DNA of 64,000 nucleotides from Cetorhinus maximus (GCF_964194155.1 NC_135881.1:16368001-16432000), one strand, 5' to 3'; positions 12,271-25,564 are shown, counted from the stretch's first letter. The notes: generated from the letters alone by a model not told the origin. A program made the numbers and translations.

Positions 12271-14129
12271 CTCCCCTCTTGGTAGTGCAGTTGTAGCTCG
12301 TGCTCGGCAGCACATCAGGTTAGCTGGCTCAGTGGGTCATGGAGTCTACTGGTTACTGTGCGTCACTCCAGGAAATGCACTTATCCGCTAAGCCCCAGCG
12401 AGCTCCAGCAGCATTTCCCCTGCTGAAATACATCACCGCACAGCGCTGCAACGTCCACCTCCCGTGAAGCAGCAAATCACGTCAAACTCAGTGAACTGCT
12501 GCCCAAATTCATCGGGCAGGGCATCAGATCAGAACCATGTCTAAATCTCCTCTTGCTCCATTAAGCGCGCCGAGCTGAAAAGAATTCATGTACGTGCTGT
12601 CTAACTGGTCAGTCCCACGGGGATGAAATGCTACTTGTATCTGGTATCACAGACATTCTTAATGAGCTATTTAAGCAATGAATCAATATCCCTTTTCACA
12701 GCCTGGAGCCAGAGAGCAAGCAATCTCACCAGTGGCTGGGCTTGTTTGTATGGATAGTTCCAGAAAAGAATAGGCCAGTGCTCGGTAACACGTACTCTAT
12801 AAACCAACTAACAACTAAGGGAATAGAATTAGTCAGAGCCAAATAGACATCGGTGGCAACAATAGGCACAGCACAGGGACAGTGGGCTGAATGGCCTCCT
12901 TCTGCGCTGTTTCATTCTATGACCTCCTGAGTTGTAACCCGCAACGCAAGACGGGTTTCACCTTAACTTGAGCTATTCCCCCAACCCAAAAATAAAACTC
13001 TCTGCTTTTAAATACCGTTTTCACAAAGGACCCCCTGAAGACGATGGGAGGCATTTTTGAGTTAAGAATATGTTTTTAAATAATCGCATCTTATTGTGTT
13101 TTGTTTGCTACCTTCATCTCGCCCTCTGAAATTCTGATGTGTGCCACTTGACTGAAGACTGTCGCGACATGAAATGAATTATCCCTTGAAAAGGAGTTGG
13201 TCATTTTTGATTCTGATTAAAGAGGTAAATATAGTCAGGGAATGCTCCATAGGCTACACCAGTCCCAACGCTGCTACAGCAGGAGCTGAAATGTCTGAAT
13301 GGTGAAGATATGAGAAGTGATAAATATTTTGGAGGGTTTTCTGCTCGATTACTTTCGGGTTTCGTGGAGTTCTTGCCCCAAACGCTCCATCGGAAGGTTA
13401 CATTAGCAGCGGAGCAGCTGAGATTGTACTCGGCCTGTGTTCTGGCCAAGTGATTGTTTTCCTTCTTTATTCTGGGGTTTTCCACATTCTAAATAAGACC
13501 GATTACAGGTCGGATTCCCTCATTACCACAGGCCCTGCAGAGAATACAGAATGCTTCCAACACTCATGCCGCTTAATTTGTTTATGTATTATTGCTGCAA
13601 TCCCTTGACACAGAGACAGGGAGGGACGGGATGCAGTTTTTTGCAGTCCTAATCCCCAGGCGGCAAGTTGCCAATCCCACCCAATGTAGAGGAATGCGGC
13701 AGCGGGATCGCTGGATGGGGTGAATCCAGTTCATGAGGTGATTTGCTTCTCGGGGAGAGTGTTTGTCTACCACAGGCAGGCAGGGTATTTCAATAAGGAA
13801 TTAATTAGGATTAGAACTCCAAAGATTTGAACATTTCTGATCCATGATAATCCCAGGACATAGAATCAGAGAATCATCTAGCACAAAACAAGGCCGTTCT
13901 ATCCATTATGTCACTTCCAGCTTCTGAAGGAGTATTTATCCAATTCCCTTTTGAAAGTTACTACTGAATATTCTTCCGCCACTATTTCAGGCAACGCATT
14001 CCAGAACATAATTCCTCACTGTGTAAAAAAGAATTCACGTCTCTGCACATTCTTATCTGCACCCACCACTACAACCCCAGATACACAGATGTTTAGGCAA
14101 CTACCTTAAATTAGTTCATGGCGCATGTG

Positions 14130-14985
14130 TTTGCCATCTCTAGGCTTGTCTATTCCAACGTTCTCCCGGACTTCCTCCCATCTCGCACCCTCCGTAAACT
14201 CATAAACTCATCCAACACTATGTTGCCCCAATCCTAATTTGAGCCAAGTCCTGTGCACTCATCACCTCTTGTGCCCACTAACATACATTGGTCCCCGCAA
14301 CCTCCCTCCCAGAAATGCTTTGCTTTTAAAATTCATATTCTTATTTTCAATTCCCTCCATGGCCTCGCCCCCTCCCTATCTCAGTCTCCCACCATCGCAG
14401 ATCTGGAATTAAAAGTCTAATGATGACCATGCAACCATTGTCGATTGATGTAAAAACCCATCTGGTTCACCAATTCCCCTTTAGGGAAGGAAATTTGCCG
14501 TCCTTACCCGGTCTGGCCTACGTGTAACTCCAGACACCACAGCAATGCGGTTGACTCTTAAATGCCCTCCAAAATGGCCTAGCAAGCCACTTAGTTTTCA
14601 GGGGCAATTAGGGATCGGCAATAAATGATGCCCCAGCCAGCAATGCCCTCATCCCATGAATGAGTTAAAATAAAGCTCCTCCTGACCCACAGCCTTCCGT
14701 GGTATCTGCACTCTTCCGATTCGAGCTTCTTGTCCAGCCCCGATTTTAATCACTCCACCTTTGACGGGCATACCTTCAACTGCCTGGGCCCTAATCTCTG
14801 CAATTCCCTCCCCAAAATTGCCCATCTCCTCATTTCAGATGCTTCTTAAAGCCTGCCTCTTTGACCAAGCTTTTGTCCTGATATGTCCTTACCTGGCTTG
14901 GTGTCAAATTTTGCTTCATAACGCCCTGTGAAGTGCCTTGGAACATTTTACTACATTGGAGGTGCTATGGAAATGCAAGTTTTAG
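14130..14985 (+). mobile_element. L2-type LINE 3' fragment with a nested HE1-like SINE (about 14388-14672)
   Basis: tttaaaattcatattcttattttcaattccctccatggcctcgcccctccctatctc breaks at the SINE and resumes at ~14675, ending in the ggtgctatggaaatgcaag tail. Confidence 0.72.
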
Positions 14986-15189
14986 TCGTTGACTGAAATC
15001 GAAAGTCATGCAGGCCAAGGGTTGCAGCTGATCCTGAGGCATACACTGGTGGCGCAATGATAGAGGCTGAGAAAGCCGACGTGGAACCTTTTGTTTCTGT
15101 TGTTTCTCTTGTCTGAGGATCTGCATCAGTAACAGTCTTGTCCACGGCAATTGCTGACATGCGTTAGATTTACGAGGTCTCTCTTGCAG

Positions 15190-15355
15190 TGTCAGCTATG
15201 GCTCAGCGGGTAACATTATCCCCTCTGAGTCAAAAGATCATGCATTCACAGTCTCACTCCAGAGACATGAGCACAACTCAGACTCCCAGCAGGGTATGGA
15301 AGGAGTGCTGCACTGTCAAAGGTGCCATCTGTCAGATGAGATGTTAAAGTGGGGT
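15190..15355 (+). mobile_element. Deu-domain SINE 5' fragment
   Basis: tRNA-like head tggctcagcgggta, then ggagtgctgcactgtcaaaggtgccatctgtcagatgagatgttaaa. Confidence 0.65.
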
Positions 15356-15409
15356 CATTTAATTTAAACCTAACATTTTTATTAATGTAGTGCATTGCAA
15401 TTAGTTTTC

Positions 15410-15972
15410 TAGGTCAACATGTCAAGGAACCAACTAGAGAGCAGGCTATTTTAGACCTGGTATTGTACAATGAGACTGGGTAATTAATAACCTGTTGCAA
15501 AGGAGTCACCAGGGAAGAGTGATCATAACATACTAGAACTTCATATTGAGTTTGAGAGTGATTTAGTTAAGTTTGAAACTAGGGTCTTAAATCTGAACAA
15601 ACCAAACTATGAGGGGTGAGTTGAATAAGAAAAATTGAGAAACTTGATTGAAAGATAGGATGGATGACGGTTAAGCGATGGCAAATGTTTAAAGAGTTAA
15701 CTAATAATTCACAATGAATATAAATTCCTTAAAGAATAAAAACCCAATGGGAAGAATGCGCCATTGTGACTAACTGGAGAATTTAAGACAGTACTAGATT
15801 AAAGGAAGAGGCTTATAATGTTGTCAGAAAGATCCTGAGGATTGGGAGGTTTTAGAATTCAGCAAAGGATGACCGAGAAATTCATGAAGAAAGAGTAAAC
15901 AGATATGTGGATAAACGAGCAACAGACTTAAAAACAGATCGTAGAAGCTTATTTAGGTATGCAAAAAAGGAA
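15410..15972 (+). mobile_element. CR1 LINE internal fragment (endonuclease C-terminal region), decayed
   Basis: Translates to QHVKEPTREQAILDLVLYNE...GKSDHNILE (PTR/LDL/SDH APE motifs) with stops. Confidence 0.75.
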
Positions 15973-16247
15973 GAGGTTCAATCGATTCAAACTTAGCTTG
16001 AGTTCCACACAAAAATTTGAGCTCATAATCTAGACTGTACCCCTGCACAGCTCTGAGAGAGTGATGCACTGTTGGGATTGCAACTGCTGGATTTGCTTTG
16101 AATGATCCCATGGACCAGCGGAAACATTCCCCCAATGTCCTGTCAACACTCCTCCCTTAATGAATACGACCTCAGCCAGATTAGCTTCCCATTTCTATTA
16201 CTGGTAATGACTACATACACTGCTCTTCAAAAGCTAACTGTGAATCA

Positions 16248-16310
16248 CTGTGTGTGTGTTTGTGTGTGTGTCTGTGTGTGCGTTTGTGTGTCTGTGTGTC
16301 TGTGTGTGTA
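16248..16310. repeat. (TG)n microsatellite
   Basis: Imperfect TG run. Confidence 0.9.
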
Positions 16311-16334
16311 TCGCTTTGAGGGTCATTTGTAGCT

Positions 16335-16715
16335 CTTTCCTGATTTTAAAATCCAGTTTGCAAACCCTTCGCTGGCCTTGCTCCCTCCCTATCTCTATAA
16401 CTTCTTCCAGCTCTACAACCCTCCACGATCTCTGTGTTCCTCCAATTCCCACCTCTTGCACATCCCCCACTTTCTTTGCCCCATCATTAGCTGCTGTGCC
16501 TTCAGCTACCTAAGCCCTAAGCTCTGGAATTCTCTCCCTAAACCCCTCCATTTTGCTCTCTCTCTCTTGTTTAAAACCCTCCTTAAAACCTACTGCTCAA
16601 CTGTCCCTGCTATCTCCTTGGGCGGCACAGTGTTAGATTTTGTTGCTAACACTCCTGTGAAGCACCTTGGAACGTTTCACAAAGTTAAAGGCGTCACATA
16701 AATGCAATTTTCCTT
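16335..16715 (+). mobile_element. L2-type LINE 3' fragment
   Basis: PPYLYNFFQLYNPPRSL...AFSYLSPKLWNSLP; similar fragments at 24350-24790 (+) and 38820-39190 (-). Confidence 0.7.
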
Positions 16716-19700
16716 TGTTGGCATCATTGTGCATGTTGCTATAAATTTTGTAGGAAGCTTATTGAAAAATAAACATAAAACAATACTTTGATAACTGCTA
16801 TCACTGGCACCGCCCCCACCACAGCACAAACCTCCCTAGATGGCCAATAGAAGCAGAGAATACATGTTCCAAATCATTCCAAGAACCCAGTCTACCAAAA
16901 AGCAGTAACATCTAACATATATGACTATGAGCGACATGATGGATGAGGTTTTATCCCTCTTTATTGCTAATGTGCTGTCAATGACTGCTGCATCCATATA
17001 GGTGTCAGCTGTGGTTTAGTAGGTAGCTCTCTAGCCTCTGGAACACAGAAGGTTGTCCCACCCCATGAGACTTGATTGCAAAAATGTAGGCTGACACGGT
17101 GATGTTTAACCGAGGGGCTTCCATTTACCACCCCCTCCCTCACCCCCACAAAGCGGACGTGAAAGATCTTAATGACACCAGGGTTCTGTATCTACTGCTC
17201 TGGCCAAAACCATCATCACCAAAGCAAAAAGTCCAAAGTATCTGGTCACCCTCACAGAGCTGCTCTGGGAACTTGGCTATTACCTTTGTCATTGGAGGGG
17301 GTGCAGTGGAGATTTACTGGAATGATACTTGGACTTGAACGGTTAAATGACAACGAGAGATTACACAAGCTAGAATCCTATCCTGAGAATGTAGAAGGTT
17401 AAGTGGTGATTGGATTGAAGTTTTCAAGGTATTCAAAAGAATAGCTAGAGTTGATAGAACAAAGAATCCAGCGGCTGGTTGTGAGCCTAGAACTAGGGGG
17501 CGTTGTTTCAATATTCAAGCCAACCTTCAGGAGTGAAATTAGGAAACGCCTTTTAAAAATTAATTTGTGGGTTGTGGGCGTCGCTGGCCAGGGCCAGCAT
17601 TTATTGTCCATCCCTAGTTGCCCTTGAGGAGGCGGTGGTGAGCTGCCTTCTTGAACCGCTGCAGTCCCTGTGGTGTAGGGACACCCATGCTCTGAATCCT
17701 CTGCTCCTGCAGGAGGCAGGAGGGCCTGAAAATTCGGTGGGTTGGCGTTGGGACCGATACCCGATGCCTTCCCACCTCCCCCGGTTGTAAGCTCTTGGGG
17801 GTGTGGGGGGTGTGGGAGGGGACGGCCCATGCTGGAGATCCTCGCCCCACCTCCACTTGAGACCCTTAAGTGGCCAATTAATAACCACTTAAGGGCCTCT
17901 TCTTGCCTCTGCTGCAGTCTCCCCAGCTCCAGACAGGCCTGCCGACATGCGGCCTGCATGATTGGTAAAACGGTGGGGGCTGCGTGTCCGCTGGAGGGGG
18001 AGGGGGGTGGTGGGGGTGGGGGGGTGGGTAAGGCCCCTCAGATCTGCACTAATCTGCGCATGACCGAGGGAATGGAGACGGGGCATGGGGGTGGCCCAAG
18101 GGGGCTAAATGGCCTAACCCTGCCCCTCGGCCCCACGTTACAACAGCGACTGCACTGAAAGAAAGCACTTTGGGGCTGCAGGGCACTTTGGGTCGCGCTT
18201 AGGTTTTAAAAGGCACTTAATAAACAAAGGCCTTTCTTTTCCATGTATCGTTATTGAAGTGGGACATAGGAGGGGTGGGGAGGGGGGGGTGGGGGGAGGC
18301 CCACGAATTCACAGCGCTGGGCTGCTTCTCACCCCGAGCGCCAGAGATCCTCCGGCCTGCCGATGTCGCCCTTGAGCTTCCCAGGATCGGCAGGGGGTTG
18401 GGGGGGTGGGGTGTGGGGGCAGGAGAAATGAGCCTTGACACCTGGGGCCACTCCAACCTTCATCGATGACTTGACTCCATTGCTTCCCCCCCGGAGCAAA
18501 GGCTTGCGGGTACTGAGCAGGTTCTTGGCACATCATCTCGGCCTGACACTGCCACTGGCTCTTTTCCTGCTCCCAATGGGCCTGACGTTCCACAGGGAAT
18601 TCATCCCGATCCTGCGGTATTCGGGATGCGCCCTGGGCCGGCTTCCCGATGACCCCATTTTTAATTTCCACCCGTAATTGTTCGGTTTCCACCCGCTCTC
18701 GAGTACCGATGTACGTTGGTCTTAATCGTTGTTTAAAACTCCGTGCGGTTTCTCAGAATCTTTCTCCTCGCAGCTGACCCTGTGTTCGCTTTTCTCTTTT
18801 TAAAAAACCTTCCATTACTTAGCAACGTGTTCGCCTTTTGGACCCCCCCGGATCAGTCCAGCAAAGCTGCACGCCACCGCACCCGCCTCCTCACCACACC
18901 TCCCCCCTCCCACCTCCCCCCTCCCCCCACCCCCACCTCCGAACCTGTACCAGGCAATGGAACATTCTACAGATGGCATTGTCAAGTGAGCAGCTGTTTC
19001 CATAGCATCAATACAGCATTACCTAGACAACCAGTCCCCAGTGCTGCTCCTCCTCTGTCCGTTTATTTTGAAGGTTATTTCGCTGATGGAGAAATGTTGT
19101 AGGTTTTTATTTTCGAAGAAAAAGTTAAGGAGGCCTGTCAAAATGATTCGGCAACTTAAGACGTCGAGCGAAACGCCTCGCTTCCCCCTTCCCTCGCCGC
19201 CCCGCATTTTTGCTTTTGCACAAAAAGTTATTTTCAATCTGCGCAACCTGACCGCCGACCCTTCTGCCAGCGAAACTGTTCCTTCTCCTCGTCAACTCTG
19301 ACGGGGCTCCTCGCGATCGAGGCAGGCCCGGACCACTGCTGCCCCTCTTTGTGTTGAACGCTCACCGACCGGGGTCACATAACAGCTACCGGGGTGGTGG
19401 GTTGCCCCTGGAATGGTGCCCCCCACCCCCGGTCAGGAGAACAGGAAAGAAAGGGAGGGGCGGAACGTGGCTGAAAAAAATGGCCTGGCAACTACCTCAG
19501 GCACAGGGACATGTCTGCGAGACTTGGCAACGTGTCTGAGAGGGGATAGTTTACCAGCTGCCCGGTTACCACCTTGTGACGGTTTACATTCTCCCCAAAC
19601 TGATTTTGCGCACAAAATTCCAGAGGACTTTACCATTCCCCATCTCTTTTTCCTTGGCTCACCCAATTTCCTTAAAATTATAAGTTCAACAAAGTGATTA

Positions 19701-19719
19701 ACTAGCCCCAGAAACCTAA

Positions 19720-20300
19720 AAACTTAAGAACTAGGAGCTTCTGTACACTCTTTGGCCCTTTGAGGCTGCTCTACCAATTAACAAAATCATGGCTGATCTT
19801 CTCCCTCAATTCCACCTTCCCACACTTTCCCCATATCCCTTAATTCCTGGAGTGCCCAAAAGTCTATTGATTGTTGTCTTGAATATGCTCAACAGCTGAG
19901 AATTCCACTGACTCACAACCCTCAGAGTGAAGAAATTTCTCCTCATCTCAGTCTTAAATGGCCTAAGCCTTGCTATGAGTGTCGCCTCGCTATGAGTGAT
20001 TCCCCAGTCAGGCGAAACATTTTCTCAGCATCTACCATGACAAGTCCCTTACAAGTTTTATATCTGTCAGTTAGGTCACCTCTCATTCTTCCAAACTCCA
20101 GGGAGTATAGGTCTCAGCTATTCACTGTCTTCTCATCCTCTCATCCCAGGAACCAGCCGAATGACCTTTTGTTGCACTCCCTCGAAGGCAAGTATGTCCA
20201 TCTTAGGGAAGGAGACTAAAACTGCACCCAGTACTCCGCACGTGGCCATGTATAATTGGACTGAGATGTCTTTACTCTTATAATCCAATCCCCTTGCTTT
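19720..20300 (-). mobile_element. CR1 LINE 3' fragment
   Basis: cacaaccctcagagtgaagaaattt (reverse of FFTxRVV), aactgcacccagtactcc (reverse of EYWVQF) and a CR1 3'UTR; a related piece lies at 20790-21050. Confidence 0.7.
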
Positions 20301-20343
20301 CAAGTTAAACAATAAACAGCTTTTAAGAGATGTCAGTTCTTAC

Positions 20344-20715
20344 ATTGTCTTCCGTGATTGGCTTGCCCACTGTCACTTGAGGGAGAAGGAGGCTGCTTGG
20401 CGAGATCGGAGGTCCCCCTACCACGGACACCACGCCGTTCTGGTCCACGGCACTGTGCAACTTCCTCCGTCCACTGAGCGGCACATTGGCGGTGCCTGGC
20501 ACCGATCGGTGGCTACCATGGCTCTGGTTGCTGTTGGTCCTGTACAGCTGAGGGAGGCACAAGGATTCCCGGATACTCTCGGTGTCGTCAAAGACGCTGA
20601 CCTCGTCATCCGAAAACATGTTCTCCATGGCAGCATCCGCGGAGTGAGTCCGGAAGCGGAATATGCTGCTCCGTCTGAGTGGATGGCGGTTTGAAAGTAT
20701 TGGCGTCATGAGAGG
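20344..20715 (-). CDS. SCN5A: Nav alpha exon: DI-DII loop (PLMTPILSNRHPLRRSSIFRFR...ENMFSDDEVSVF...HSAVDQNGVVSVVGG...LLPQVTVGKPITEDN)
   Basis: Matches the Nav cytoplasmic-loop motifs SIFxFR, ENxFxDDE and HSxVDxNGVVS; acceptor ccccag|CCT, donor AAT|gtaaga; 372 nt. Confidence 0.93.
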
Positions 20716-21054
20716 CTGGGGAAAGAATCCAAATTGTTCAAAGCTGATGCACACTAAACTGATTGATGGGCGAGAAAGTCAGTGATATAGAACATACACA
20801 ATAAATAGGAGCAGGAGTTGGCCATTTGGCCTCTTGTACCTGCTCCGCCATTCAATAAGATCATGGCTGACCTGAGTGAGGCCTTAAGCTCACTTTCTTG
20901 CCTGCCCCCCATGACCATTTGTAGGTTCCTTGTAGGTTAAAAATCTGTCCCACTCAGCCTTGAGTATATTCAATGACCCAGCCTCCACTGCTCTCCGGGG
21001 TAGAGGATCCTAAAGATTAATGAAAAGAAATTCCTCCTCATCTCCATTTAAATG

Positions 21055-22090
21055 GGAGTCCACCACCATTCACAACTGGACGTGCCGGGACTGCAGAACC
21101 TTGACCTGCTCCATTAGTTATGGAATCGTTTAGCTTTCCTGTATACTGCTCCCAATCTTTGGCATGTAAGTAATCCTGTGTTATAGTTTCACTAGGTTGA
21201 CATCTCATTTTTAGGTATGCTTGGTGCTGCTCCTGGCATGCACTCCTGCACTCTTTATTGAACCAGGGTTGATCCCCTGGCTTGATGGTAATGGTGGAGT
21301 GGGAGATATGCTGGGCCATGAGGTTACAGATTGTGTTCGAGTACAATTCTGCTCCTGCTGATGGCCCACAGCGCCTCATGGATGCCCAGCCTTGAGTTGC
21401 TAGATCTGTTCGCAATCTATCCCATTTAGCACGGTGGTAGTGCCACACAACACGATGGAGGGTACCCTCAATGTGAAGGTGGGATTTCGTCTCCACAATG
21501 ACTGTGTGGTGGTCACTCCTACTGACACTGTCATGGACAGATGTATCTGTGACAGGCAGGTTGGTGAGGATGAGGTCAAGTACGTTTTTCCCTCTTGTTG
21601 ATTCCCTCACCACCTGCCTCAGACCCAGTCTAGCAGCTATGTCCTTTAGGACTCAGCCAGCTCGGTCAGTAGGGGTGCTACTGAGCCACACTTGGTGATG
21701 GTCATTGAAGTCCCCCATCCAGGGTACATTCTGCGCCCTTGCCACCCTCAGTGCTTCCTCCAAGTGATGTTCAACATGGAGGAGCACTGATTCATCAGCT
21801 GAGGGAGGGCGGTACGTGGTAATCAGCAGGATGTTTCCTTGCCCGTGTTTGACCTGTTTCCATGAGAACTCACGGGGTTCAGAGTCAATGTAATGACTCT
21901 CGGGGCAACTCCCTCCCGACCCTATACCACTGTGCCACCACCTCTGCTGGGTCTATCCTGCCGGTGGGACAGGACATACCCAGGGATGGTGATGGTGGTG
22001 TCTGGGTCATTATCTGTAAGATATGATTCCGTGAGGATGACTATGTCAGGCTTGTTGTTTGGCTAGTCTGTGAGACAGCTCTCCCAATTT
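21055..22090 (-). mobile_element. HER1-like LINE internal fragment, AP-endonuclease domain
   Basis: GDFNDHH, STRGKNVLDLILTN, SRSDHHTV and KPGDQPWFN motifs. Confidence 0.88.
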
Positions 22091-23081
22091 TAAAAGCTTT
22101 ACCATTAACCGATCTTTTTGATCTAATATGAAGTTAGCTCTCCTTATTCTTATACTGTTGCTTGGCGCTCTTTCCTAATTCCTGCATTCCAGAAATTGCA
22201 AGTACTTTAACTCTAATTAAAAGCAACAGTCCAACAGGAGGTCACTTTCCAAACATTTGCGAAAAGCGAAATTCCTGGAGTTTTAAATGGCGAGGTGGGT
22301 GATGATGTGCAAGAATCAGACTTAGATGTTCAGCATCACTCCGAAACAAAGCAGATTCGGACAGATCAGTTTGTGATGCTCTCCCTTTGTGACGCTCCTC
22401 GAGACTTTATTTTATCTTAAAGGTGCTATTTAAAATGCAACTTGTCATTGTTATGGAGGGTCACTACCCTTCCTGTTCTAAGGAAGGAGGATTAGTCTGA
22501 CTCACCGCTTGCTGCAGGGAGTGACCTGACAGGAGGCCTTTCAAACTCTGAAAGGTTTTGAGAGAGTGGATACCAAGAGAACGTTCCCTCTTGCAGGGAG
22601 GAGGATAACTTAAGAGGCCATCAGTATCAGATCGTCACAAGGAAATCCAATGGGGAATTCAGAAGAAACCTCTTCACCCAAAGTGCGGTGAGAATGTGGA
22701 ATAAGTTACCACAGCGAGTGGTCGAGGTGAATGGCGTTGACGCGTTTAAGGGGGAGTGAAGCAAGTTTGCTGCAGGCAATGTGGCAAATGTCGGACAAGG
22801 CACCCAACACCTTGGTGCGCCATTTGGCCAGCCTCCCCACTTCCCAACCCATCCCCCAAAGGGCCGGTGGAACCCAGCCCAATGACTCTCAGCACCTCTT
22901 TTATTTAGTATGTGCTGCAGAATGGGATGGCCCTAACTCTGCTAAGGATTGTACTTTGCTTTATTTTATAATAAGGGGGGAGGGCAGCAGTTACCGCCGA
23001 CAAGGAATAAAACATAAAACAAGAGCAGGGGCATCATTCCATGCGTGGGACTGCGTCGCCTGCTCCGGGTAGATTCCTTAC

Positions 23082-23267
23082 CTTCCGCGGTAAGCCTTCT
23101 TCGGACGCCGACCTCAGCTCTTTATCCTCATCGATCCCCTCTTCTAACTTTCCCAGCTCTTTTCCATTCCTGGCCCTGTTGCTTCTTTCCCTGGTGCTCC
23201 TTGCACTTAAATGCGATCTCTCGGAGGAACTTCTCGACAAGGTCTCGTTCCCCAATCTGGTCAACTG
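23082..23267 (-). CDS. SCN5A: Nav alpha exon: DI-DII loop (QLTRLGNETLSRSSSERSHLSARSTRERSNRARNGKE...SASEEGLPRK)
   Basis: Aligns by eye to the Nav loop motif [20 protein letters not shown]...SESED; acceptor ttttcacag|CAG (NAGNAG), donor AAG|gtaagg; phase 0-0; expected position. Confidence 0.85.
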
Positions 23268-24807
23268 CTGTGAAAATAATTTATGAAAGAGCATGCTCCA
23301 TTTATTGGCACGAATGTCTTTTTTAAGGAACATTTTAGTTGTTAGCATCCGTCAAGCACCCTTGACGCGTTGCCAAACTCTGAAGGTATGGGAACTACTC
23401 CAATTAACATCTGGTATACACCCAAAACCTTCTTACTCCTGAAAGGCAATCGATCATTTTCTTATTTTCACACCTTCTTGTCTTGACTTGGCTCAATCGG
23501 TCTAAGTCTGAAGGCCACGAGACTGAGCCCACAGTGGGAGTATAAGCGAGGCTAACATTATTGAGGCTGTGCTCAAGTGGTCTATTGCCCTTCTTGCCAG
23601 ATGTTAATCCGACGTCTGGCGGGGCGGGTGAGTTTCCTTGGAGACGCAATGCCGCCCGGCCCAAGATGGCGTTGGGCACATTTCGGGCAGCCCTGGAACC
23701 CTGGGGGAAAACGCCGCGGAATTTGGTGTCACTCTTACAGATTCCACCTCTCAAAAACGAGCGCAGTGGGATCCAAATTCTACCCCCTCTGTTTCTATCC
23801 CTTCTATTCGAATTATCCGCCTCTCTCGCACTGGCTTCCAACCTCGCCGAGGCCCCGCCCAATGGGCCTGCTCTTGGGCGTATTAATTTAAAGACATAAA
23901 AAGATAACAAGGGGAAGGAGCTTCCCGGTTATTATAAAAGTTGGCGGCACTAGTGCGGTAAACAGGCCACCGCTGGTCTGAAGCACCTGCTGCCGGGAGG
24001 ATACACAGCAAAAGCCAAGCCTTTGGCCTAGTGCTGCTGGTGCTGGTGTCACCTCCAGTCCCCCTGCTTCCTTGCCACAGGCTCAGGCCTCCCTTTCATT
24101 CCTCACAGTGCCGAGACACTCTGGCACTTGGCTCCCATTATTTTTAGAAGGACTCAGCTGCTGGACACGGACACGTAAACACATATCACATAAAGGCATT
24201 TCAGCTCCTACTGTACTCCCAACTAAGAGTGACCCGGGAATGTAAAAGCTGGAAGATCACTGCAGAGAGTTAAGTTCCTCTGTTGGTCAGAGGTATGAAC
24301 CCGCCTACCCCAACACTTTCCTGGTCAGCCCCCCCCATCTCCCCACTCTCCATAAACGCCATAAGTCGTATGCTAACTCACACTGAGTCCCGTTCGCCCG
24401 CCATCTCCCCCCGACCTCCCCTGTTCGTTGAGCTAATTTGGTTCCCCTGGTACGCCAACAGCTCCCGTTTAAAATTCTCATCCTTGTGTCCCAGTCTCTC
24501 CCTGGCCTGGCTCCTCCAGCCCTGCAAACCTCTGAGGTTTCTGAGTTCCTCCACTGCAGCCTCCCATGCGTTCCCGCTTCCCTCCGCCCCCACCATTGCC
24601 AGCTAGGCCTTTGCCAATCGAGCCCCTAAAGCTCTGGAATTTCCTCCCTAAATCCTCCGCCCTCTTTCACCTCCTCGACTAAACTCTGGGCCACCTGTTT
24701 TAATGTCTCTTCACGTGGTTCGATGTAAAATTTTGTTTGACGGCGCCCTGTCTTCGGACATTTTTTTACCAGGCGTTATATAAATGCAGTACCTTGTCAG
24801 CAAGTAC

Positions 24808-25017
24808 CTGCTCTGCCTGTTCCTGCTGTTTCCGAAGCTGTTCCATCATCTGCTGAAACTCTTTCTCTTTCTGTGCGTTTTCTGCGATGGTAGCCTGGTT
24901 CTGCTCATCGTACGCCATGGCAACAACAGCCAGGATCAAGTTGACGAGATAGAAGGACCCCAGGAAGATGACGACGACGAAGAAGAGCATGTACGCCTTC
25001 CCGGCAGTTCGCAGAAT
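24808..25017 (-). CDS. SCN5A: Nav alpha exon: DI S6 and start of DI-DII loop ([46 protein letters not shown]...QQEQAEQ)
   Basis: Canonical S6 motif; acceptor ctgcag|ATT; donor CAG|gtactt, with an alternative in-frame donor AAG|gtactg that would end the exon at 24793. Confidence 0.93.
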
Positions 25018-25564
25018 CTGCAGTTTTGAAAAAAAGGAGCAAAACGAAAGGCGAGGGTTAGGAAACCGGAAATGCACAGCAACGGGATGAGTCAGGAGAA
25101 AGGGCAGGTCAATCTTTCAGCTTGTCTCTGGACAGAGTCACCAATTCTAGTTGGGGTGTATTCCTCAAGGGCTCATTGTCCTTTTTCTTTCAAATTCATT
25201 CGCGGGATGTGGGCGTCGCTGGCTCGGCCCAGCATTTATTGCCCATCCCTAGTTGCCCTTGAGAAGGTGGTGGTGAGCTGCCTTCTTGAACCGCTGCAGT
25301 CCATGTAGTGTAGGTACACCCACAGTGCTGTTAGGGAGGGAGTTCCAGGGTTTTAACCCTATAATGGCCTTGTCTCCATGCTCCTGCCATTAGTTACCCG
25401 ACCCATCCATGCTCCCCGTTCATCACCTTCCCGTGCCAACGAGAAAGGCTCCCAATGACCCGGTTGGATTGACAGTCAAAACAGCCTTTTCACCCTGCCT
25501 CCAATGTGTTTATTTATAACTAGCAAAATAAAGGGTTCAAAGGAAATGAATTTGGTTCATGCCC

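Noticed and set aside
18533-18658. 41-aa ORF MGSSGSRPRAH... with a myristoylation-like start
   Set aside because: Too short and unsupported; expected by chance in GC-rich sequence.
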